Positions 56,027 through 64,000 of a stretch of DNA of 64,000 bases are shown in pieces (positions within the stretch are counted from its first letter, which is position 1; every line of letters begins with the position of its first letter). Location: positions 19,716,001 through 19,780,000 of the forward strand of contig OZ024750.1 in the NCBI GenBank assembly GCA_964016885.1. Direction: 5' to 3'. The stretch comes from Eledone cirrhosa (lineage: Eukaryota). Both the position numbers and the translations under genes were made by a program. A model generated the notes under the pieces. It was not told the origin of the DNA. It worked only from the letters and a program-made list of their open reading frames with translations, and ran no database searches.

Positions 56027-56029
<3 letters not shown>
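55739..56029 (-). mobile_element. Family E element with 80-bp inverted arms and a hammerhead in the spacer
   Basis: 55739-55818 pairs with 55950-56029. Confidence 0.8.
55868..55905 (-). ncRNA. Type I hammerhead with a G5A core mutation
   Basis: Minus strand: GTC CTAATGA GAAC-CAGTTCA-GTTC GAAA TGCA TA GAT. Confidence 0.6.
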
Positions 56030-56060
<31 letters not shown>

Positions 56061-56320
56061 ATATACTTTTTAAAAATATATTTAGGAGCATACTATGCTG
56101 TGAGACCGTTCGTACACGATTTCAACCGGTGTCTTTCTTTCCGAAGTTCACATTTAACCCTTTCCTTTTGTAACGATGTCATCTCCGCAAACGCGAGTGC
56201 CATAGTTAACTGCGGTGTGTGTTTTGCATTTTAAACTGGCATAACCCACTTTTGGTGGAGAGAGAGATAGAGAGATAGCGATAGATAGATAGATAGATAG
56301 ATATATAGAGATAGAGATAC

Positions 56321-56422
<102 letters not shown>

Positions 56423-57901
56423 AGCGAGAAAGAGATATAGAAGAAGAATCGACCACATTATTGAATTTATATTATGTTTAACGCCTCTGAACACGGTGAA
56501 AAGGCTAAGTGGACGATAGCATGGTTTGAATTCCAGCAATGGCAGCCGGAAAAAAACTGCAAATCATTCTATTCGACGATCTACCGATATAAAGATCATG
56601 CAGTATATTTCATATTTCTTTCCTATATATGCAAGAAATTGCTAAATATAAGCGTATATTAGTAACTCTAAAAATGTATCACACTAAGCTTGAAAAGTTA
56701 TTAATATTTAATGAATTTCGACATTATGAATATATGTATATCCTGAGGACTCATAAATGCGAAGAGATTAACGACTGGAAATTGCAGATGAGTGAATCAC
56801 GAGATAGCCATGAACTATGTGCGATAAAGAATTGAATATATGTAAATTAAGTAAATATACTACGTGGTATTTTATGTTGATATTATCACTCGTAATATTC
56901 GTGCTATGCATAGTTTCTTAGCAACTAGCTCACATTCCAGTAATCAAATGCCTTGAAGTCGGATTAAGACGAGTTTTCAAACAAGGAAGCAAGCTTCTCA
57001 TGAAAATAAGGTGGAACTACATGAGTATTCCAAGTATATATATAACCTTAGTGTAGATTCCATGAATATTTAGCGTGAACAGTGTGTGATAAAGCTGGCA
57101 GGTTGAAGTACAGTTATAACACGTCTCTGCCAACAGAATTGTCGGGAGCAATTTAAATAAAATATGTAACACAAACAGTTTCTATTAGTAGGAATAACAG
57201 TTGGTTAACTAAAATGATTTAAATTAGGGGAAAGGGTAATGCATAGTGATGAGGTTTAAAATTTCTGTACGTTTGTAATTTTGATATACGTCTATTATAA
57301 AGAGATATATTTCAGTTATTCAGGAAAGTAACTTCTTTAATCAATGAGTCGGCATGATACATTATGTAGCACGGATTGACTCATTTGGAGGACAGGTTCA
57401 ACTCACTCTTTCCATCTAAGAGACTTGGACCTGCATTGAAAATACTGTCTTGCTCAAGAACACAACGCAATACTGGAAATCGAACACATAGCAGAAGCAA
57501 CGCATCTTCCTATGATTGTATAAACGTCCTATTGTCTATGGGAAAGGATTTTCATATTAGAAGCTTATTCTCATTTTTGATTAATGTATTTTTGTATACA
57601 ATTATAGGGATCGCATCCAACGAACTTTCCAATATTAGTCTCAGGAAATATCCACACACGTACACATATAAATGTATATATATATACATACATGCGCATA
57701 TATATGTTATCCTCCCACATCTTTATGTAAACATACATATATAAGTATATATATATATATATATATACATATATATATACTCATATATATATATATACAC
57801 ACACAGTATATATATATATATATGCATATATACTCATATATATATATATATATACTGATATATATATACACACACACAGTATATATATATATACATATAT
57901 A

Positions 57902-57964
<63 letters not shown>

Positions 57965-58461
57965 GCATATACTATTTGGAAATCTAATGTTGAAACATGA
58001 ACGTACAAGGCAAGCTAACCTCTAGTAGCTATTTGTTAATAACATGCATTAAAACAGTCGAATAAACAGCTTCGTAGTTTGAGGTGAGGGAATACATTTA
58101 TCTAGATCTCTTGCCAACAAAATCACATAAATAACAACCGATTTCATAATATTTTCAATTTGTTTCTTGGTAAAGATGCAACAACCATCTGTTTTAGAAT
58201 ACACAGTAACTGAACCTTGCTCCATTTAAACTTGGGATATATTAATCTTCCTGAGCCAATTGGAGTTTACATTACCTTCACTTAACATTACTCCGATATT
58301 TTAACTACCCATAGTAGATTTATTTTTGTTAGTATAGCTATGATGATATAAAATATGTGTTATAAACAATTGTGGCATACATCGCTTTTAGGTAAGATTG
58401 CTATGTCGATTTTAAATATTTGCTGTACAATTTCTTCCCATTATTTGCAACGATTTTATAA

Positions 58462-58834
58462 ATAATTGTTTCTATTTTAGGCACAAGGCCAGCAATTACC
58501 CAGTACATTACTGGTACTTTATTTTATCGACCGCGTAAGGATGAAAGGCAAAGTTAACCTCGGCGGAATTTGAACTCATATCATAAAGGGACGTAACTCT
58601 ATGCCTCAAAGCATGGTGTCCGACTCTCTACCGATACTGCCAATCCACCGCCCTTATATATGTCATATATTTAGTAAACGCAACATCTTCCAAGTCATGT
58701 AAACTACTTTATATATAATTGTTTCTACTTTAGGCACAAGGCCAGCAATTACCCAGTGCATTACTCGTACTTTATTTTATCGACCCCGTAAGGATGAAAG
58801 GCAAAGTCAACCTCGGCAGGATTTGAACTCAGAT
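58462..58834 (-). mobile_element. Two SINE A copies (58462-58653 full; 58716-58834 truncated with TSD)
   Basis: Match consensus; AAACTACTTTATATATAAT on both sides of the second copy. Confidence 0.9.
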
Positions 58835-59070
58835 CTTAAAACTACTTTATATATAATAGTGTTTATTTATGTTCGTACATATGTTACAATTTTAGTTTCC
58901 GTCCGATTGGCACAGTTTGAAATAAATTGATTCTCAACGGCAAGGAAACGCACGTTCCTGGTATACAACATTGTAGTAACCGGCCTTAATAATCACACTC
59001 TCTCACCACATTATATATGTACATATACATACACACACATACATACACATACATACATATACATAGACAC

Positions 59071-59111
<41 letters not shown>

Positions 59112-59163
59112 GACACAAACACACACACACACTCACGCATATATATGTATAAATATATATTTG

Positions 59164-59357
59164 ATATAGAAATGGCTTTTGCAGGACTAGAACTGTTTTA
59201 TTCTGGAGAAATCACCAGAGGCTTCCTGATGATTTCTCCCAAATGAAACAGTTCTCGTCCCGTAGAAGCCATTTCTATATTAAATATGTATACTATTCTA
59301 TGTATTGAGTACCTTATTTACTGTGGCTAGCCCCCATCGAACGCAGGATAAACATAT
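59164..59357 (+). mobile_element. Family C fold-back element, about 55-bp arms plus tail
   Basis: 59164-59218 pairs with 59226-59280; the long arm starts at CTGATGA...GAAACAGTT. Confidence 0.8.
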
Positions 59358-59406
59358 CTATACACACACACATACGAACACACACACACACATATATATA
59401 TATATG

Positions 59407-59464
<58 letters not shown>

Positions 59465-59490
59465 CACACACACACACACATATATCTATA

Positions 59491-59530
<40 letters not shown>

Positions 59531-59881
59531 TGCGTGACATGTCATGGGTTCAACATTTATTTGCAGAAGGAGGCCAACCTGCTTTGGAGCCTGACCTAAC
59601 CAAAGGCTATATGATTGCCAAATAATCTCTTTCGTCACACAGAAAAAAAGTATGAAATGATATTGTTTTTTGTTTGTTTCTATACTTTAAACTTCTTACC
59701 GAAGAGCTAAGATATTATTTTGCGTGTGCGTATATGTGAGTGAGTTTGCGCATGCATGTATTTATTCTCGTATGTAACTGTATATGTGCCTTTGTACGCA
59801 TATATATATATATATAGAGAGAGAGAGATAGAGAGAGTGAGAGAGAGAGTGAGAGATGCGTACAAAGGCTAATAGACAGTT

Positions 59882-59913
<32 letters not shown>

Positions 59914-60687
59914 TTTTTTTCTATTGATACATTCCATACTTCATTATCTGGTTGACCAGGTCATCAAAGAAGTAAAAACTTTCTTACACACTTCTGAACC
60001 CAATTTCTTTCTCACATATTCGTTGAAATCAAAGTGAGTGGAAGAATTTATAATCGATTTATCACAGACTCTGTTTTATCTTGCATGAATGCAGTCAAAT
60101 TTAGACAACAGAATTATTGATGACTTTTCAATTTGTAAAAAATAAACGTGAATCTGGACAATTAATCATTTCATTTATTATGGGAGTTTAACAGCATCTG
60201 CAGAATAACGATATTGGGGTTTGAATTGAACATATTGGCCTTTGGGAAAGATGCCCAGATTTATAGAGTGTTATGAAGTAAATAAGTATTGATAATTTTG
60301 ATAATATGGTGTTCTTGAAAGTCTTGTTTTGTACATCAAAAACAAGGTATTTATTGTAAAATTGTAGGAGAACAAATCACGCTTAACTGTATCAGGTGTC
60401 ACTGAAAGACAGAGTACAGCCACCTATATTTGTAGCGTAAATTCTTGGAACATGGACCATGAATTACTAGTTGTGGCATATCGGCCATATGGTGACATAT
60501 GGTGGCGTGTCATGGTCATATTCTAAACATTAGTTGGAGCATTGTCCTCCATGATTGAATGCGTGCTATCTCTCTACGAGAGAAAGAATGAGGAAAATTA
60601 AAAATGAGATAGCTCGTTTACACAGACGAGAAAAGCATGTATTCTCGCCTGTTTTCGAGTCCAGCAGTCGCAAAAATGTGAGGGGCT

Positions 60688-60795
60688 GTCCTGATGAGAA
60701 ATGCATCGACGATTGTACCACCGTTTTGCATAGCTACGACTTTCTAAATGTTTATCCATAAACATACCGTATTGCTTTAGAAACGCGAAATTTCA

Positions 60796-60799
<4 letters not shown>
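60688..60799 (+). mobile_element. Family E copy; hammerhead with stem II deleted
   Basis: GTC CTGATGA GAAA TGCA TC GAC, then TTTTGCATAGCTAC...CGAAATT into (TA)n. Confidence 0.75.
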
Positions 60800-60867
<68 letters not shown>

Positions 60868-60882
60868 ATATATATATATATG

Positions 60883-61030
60883 AGTAAGAAGCCAGGACTA
60901 TCAATTATCAGGCCAGCGCGAGCAATTTTAGTTATTGCGCGCGCTGGCCTGAGGTATCTGATCTTCAATGCGAAGAAATACCTATGACTGCCAGAAGATC
61001 ACTGATGATGGATAGTCCTGGCTTCTTACT
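60883..61030. mobile_element. Nested fold-back element between (TA)n tracts
   Basis: 20-bp terminal inverted repeat AGTAAGAAGCCAGGACTATC; internal hairpin TCAGGCCAGCGCGAGCAAT/ATTGCGCGCGCTGGCCTGA. Confidence 0.75.
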
Positions 61031-61034
61031 TTAA

Positions 61035-61147
<113 letters not shown>

Positions 61148-61154
61148 TTATATA

Positions 61155-61228
61155 TATTTATTAAAATAACAGATTAAAGTTTAAGCAAAGAATCGCTGCC
61201 TTCGCCCTTAACGGGATCTTCTGAAACT
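61155..61228 (-). mobile_element. Family B solo arm
   Basis: Matches 15877-15953 and 33443-33519. Confidence 0.75.
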
Positions 61229-61286
61229 AACAAAGTCAATCTGTAAACGCAGAAGTGGATATTTCAAAAAACGTTGCAACCGGAGG

Positions 61287-61419
<133 letters not shown>

Positions 61420-61886
61420 GAGAATGATAGAGAGCGAGGGGGCAGGTGCAAAAGATATGCGTGTGATAGAAAGATTGACATGAGTACATGTTCTTATCGT
61501 CATTGTTGACTTGTGTGAGATTTGACTGCAGATAGCCGGAGAAAAAAGTAACGCAATGCGATGTATCTGACGTTCTAACGATTCTTCTCATGTCCCTACT
61601 TGATGTTTTAGAATTTCATCTACTATAGTAATGTTATTGACTTCAGTAATCCCTATCGAGATTGATGGAGAGACACCACAATCTGTGACACATCGATCTA
61701 CTTTAAACTACACACATAATTAAATCGGAGAACACCTTTTCGTTTCATTTTACAGTGAAAAAGAAAAAAAAATGATTATTTTACCATATATATATATTAG
61801 GAACTTGTACTTTTTACACACATATAGACACAGGTACACCCACTCACACACAGACACACACAAATACACACACACATACACACACA

Positions 61887-61933
<47 letters not shown>

Positions 61934-61935
<2 letters not shown>

Positions 61936-62052
61936 CACGTGTGGTAAGATACCAGATGGACCTTAATGCACCAGAGTACTCAATACTTACGGTAGTAGAG
62001 TGGGTAATATGCTCTCTTCGGATCTAGTGCCGAAACGACTAGAGCTCAGCTT

Positions 62053-62054
<2 letters not shown>
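61934..62054 (-). mobile_element. Family D-related tail between (TA)n tracts
   Basis: GTGGTAAG...GCACCAGAGTACTCAATACTTA..GTAGTAGAGTGGGTAATA matches 33555-33623. Confidence 0.7.
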
Positions 62055-62133
<79 letters not shown>

Positions 62134-62980
62134 TATATGTGTGTGTGTGTGCGTGTGTGTGTGTGTGTGTTTGTGTGTGTTTGTTTGCGTATGTGTGCGT
62201 GTTTGTGTATAATATTTGCTTCTTTTCACCTCACTCAGGCATAATGTTGTATATATTTGTTCTTCGCCGTCCAATATTCAATTCTGGTAGCGTCGCATTT
62301 AATTTCAATTACATTTTGCATTTAATCTTATCTCTTTGTATGCTTATTCAAAGCTACTAACTTATTATTCAGCCCTAAGAACCCTTTATTCAAATCTATA
62401 TTGATTAGCTAATTAGAGAACAATTTATCACAAACATAAAGTGCGTTTTATATTATAATAATTCATGAGATATCTAATGTTATGCTTGTTTCACGCAACT
62501 ACTCATAATATTATTTCCTTCCACAATCGGAACAGATCTTATCAGTTAGATTGCTACAAGCACATGATTAACGATGATAATATACAATGATCAAGTTAAG
62601 CCTGCCATATATATTTTGTACTTTACATTTCTGTAGGACACTCTTCCTAAATACTGTTATTATGTTGAAATTAAAAGAATTTAATCCATTCGGTTTTGAT
62701 GTTCTATGTATATATATAAAAACAAGAAACCTACTAAAATGATTAGCTTGTAAAATATTCACTAGAAGTCTCACGAAAATTGAATTAGATGATATGACAC
62801 TTTGATGTATACATTTTAATTTTCAAATTGAAAAACAAGAAATTCACAAAATTAAAACGCAACTAGTATATCTCTTTTTCTAGCATTTTCACTTTTATTT
62901 ATTTAGTTAGATTTTGTTCCTTTTGCAAGGATTCTATAGCAATCGGTTGCTAGGTTAATTGGCCACAGATCAGTACCCTA

Positions 62981-63377
62981 ATAACAAGGGCTCAATTTAT
63001 CGCATAGGATTCTGGCAGAGCTAGAGATGGTAGAAATGTGGGCACTGCCAATGGAGTCGAGTATTCCAAGGCTTTTGATGAAAGACGTAAGAGGTTTAGG
63101 GAACGTATTTAGTACTCCATTGACAATTGCTACGCCTTCTGTCTCTAGAGCATGATCAGTTCTAGTAGCACCTACAAGATATGTATATTTATTAATCTCT
63201 TTCAGCCACATTGTGGTCTTGAGGGATCAAAATATCAATCAGTCCATTTGAGAGGGGGTGTACAACATCATCAGGGAGGTTTTGTTGAATATTGTTAGTG
63301 GTCTTGATCTCAATGTCCCAAATACCTCTACACTCTCTCCTGATAGGCAGGATTCAAGCGGAATTTGTTTGCACCAC
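62981..63377 (-). pseudogene. C-terminal restriction-like endonuclease fragment of an R4/Dong-like non-LTR element
   Basis: Frameshifted WDIEIKT...LPD...LIDILIPQDHNV...KEINKYTYL...IVNGVLNTFPK...LGI...SSARIL fits the PD..D..K..KY pattern. Confidence 0.7.
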
Positions 63378-63414
63378 TGACATTTCATTTCTATGTTGTA
63401 ATAATAATAATTTT

Positions 63415-64000
63415 AATGGTTTCTGATTTAGGCAGCAGCCCAACAATTATAGGGGAGCAGAAATTCGATTAAATCGACCCGGATTCGTACTTTATTTTAT
63501 CGGTCCCCGTAAAGATAAATGGCAAAACTGACCTCTGCGGTATTTGAACTCAGTAATATAATATTCTGGCTAAGGCAAAAGCGAATAATTTAGCGAAGGG
63601 AAAGTCAATGAAATCCACTCCAGTGTATTAATGTTGCATTATTTTAACAACCCAACTGGCTTTGTGCCTAAAATAGAAACAATTATTTTAACAACCCTGA
63701 GTTCAAATCCCGCCGAGGTTAACTTTGCCTTTTATCTTTACGGGATCGATAAAATAAAGTACCAGGCACGCACAGGGGTCCATTTAATCGATTTACCCCA
63801 CACCCAAAATTGCTGGCCTTGTGACAATATAAGAAACCATTATTTTACCAACCCCGGGCGGTGGATGGGCAGTATCGGTAGAAAGTCGGACGCCATGCTT
63901 TCCAGCATAGTTACGTCCCTTTACGATCTGAGTTCAAATCCCGCCGAGGTTGACTTTGCCTTTCATCCTTACGGGGTCGATAAAATAAAGTACCAGTAAT
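63415..64000. mobile_element. SINE A cluster (minus variant about 63415-63552; plus copies 63697-63843 and 63856 to window end)
   Basis: Central domain and tail motifs. Confidence 0.8.

Overview
AT-rich animal genomic DNA, dense in microsatellites ((TA)n, (CA)n, (GA)n, (TAC)n, (TCTA)n) and consistent with a cephalopod/octopus-type intergenic or intronic region; the taxon is inferred from repeat content only. No host gene can be supported, and nearly all listed ORFs are translated microsatellites. Recognisable parts: a 5'-truncated but open L1/Tx1-like LINE (22915-24550), decayed RTE, R4/Dong-like and mariner fragments, and about 20 copies or fragments of one tRNA-derived SINE. The most striking structure is a community of at least 12 fold-back elements from about 10 unrelated families. 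They share one architecture: (TA)n - short inverted arm - loop - long arm plus unique tail - (TA)n. Many carry hammerhead-ribozyme cores (canonical CUGANGA, compensatory U3-A8, and decayed forms), sometimes on both strands. The best explanation is Penelope-like element pseudo-LTR derivatives that target (TA)n. All coordinates and pairings were read by eye and need computational confirmation.
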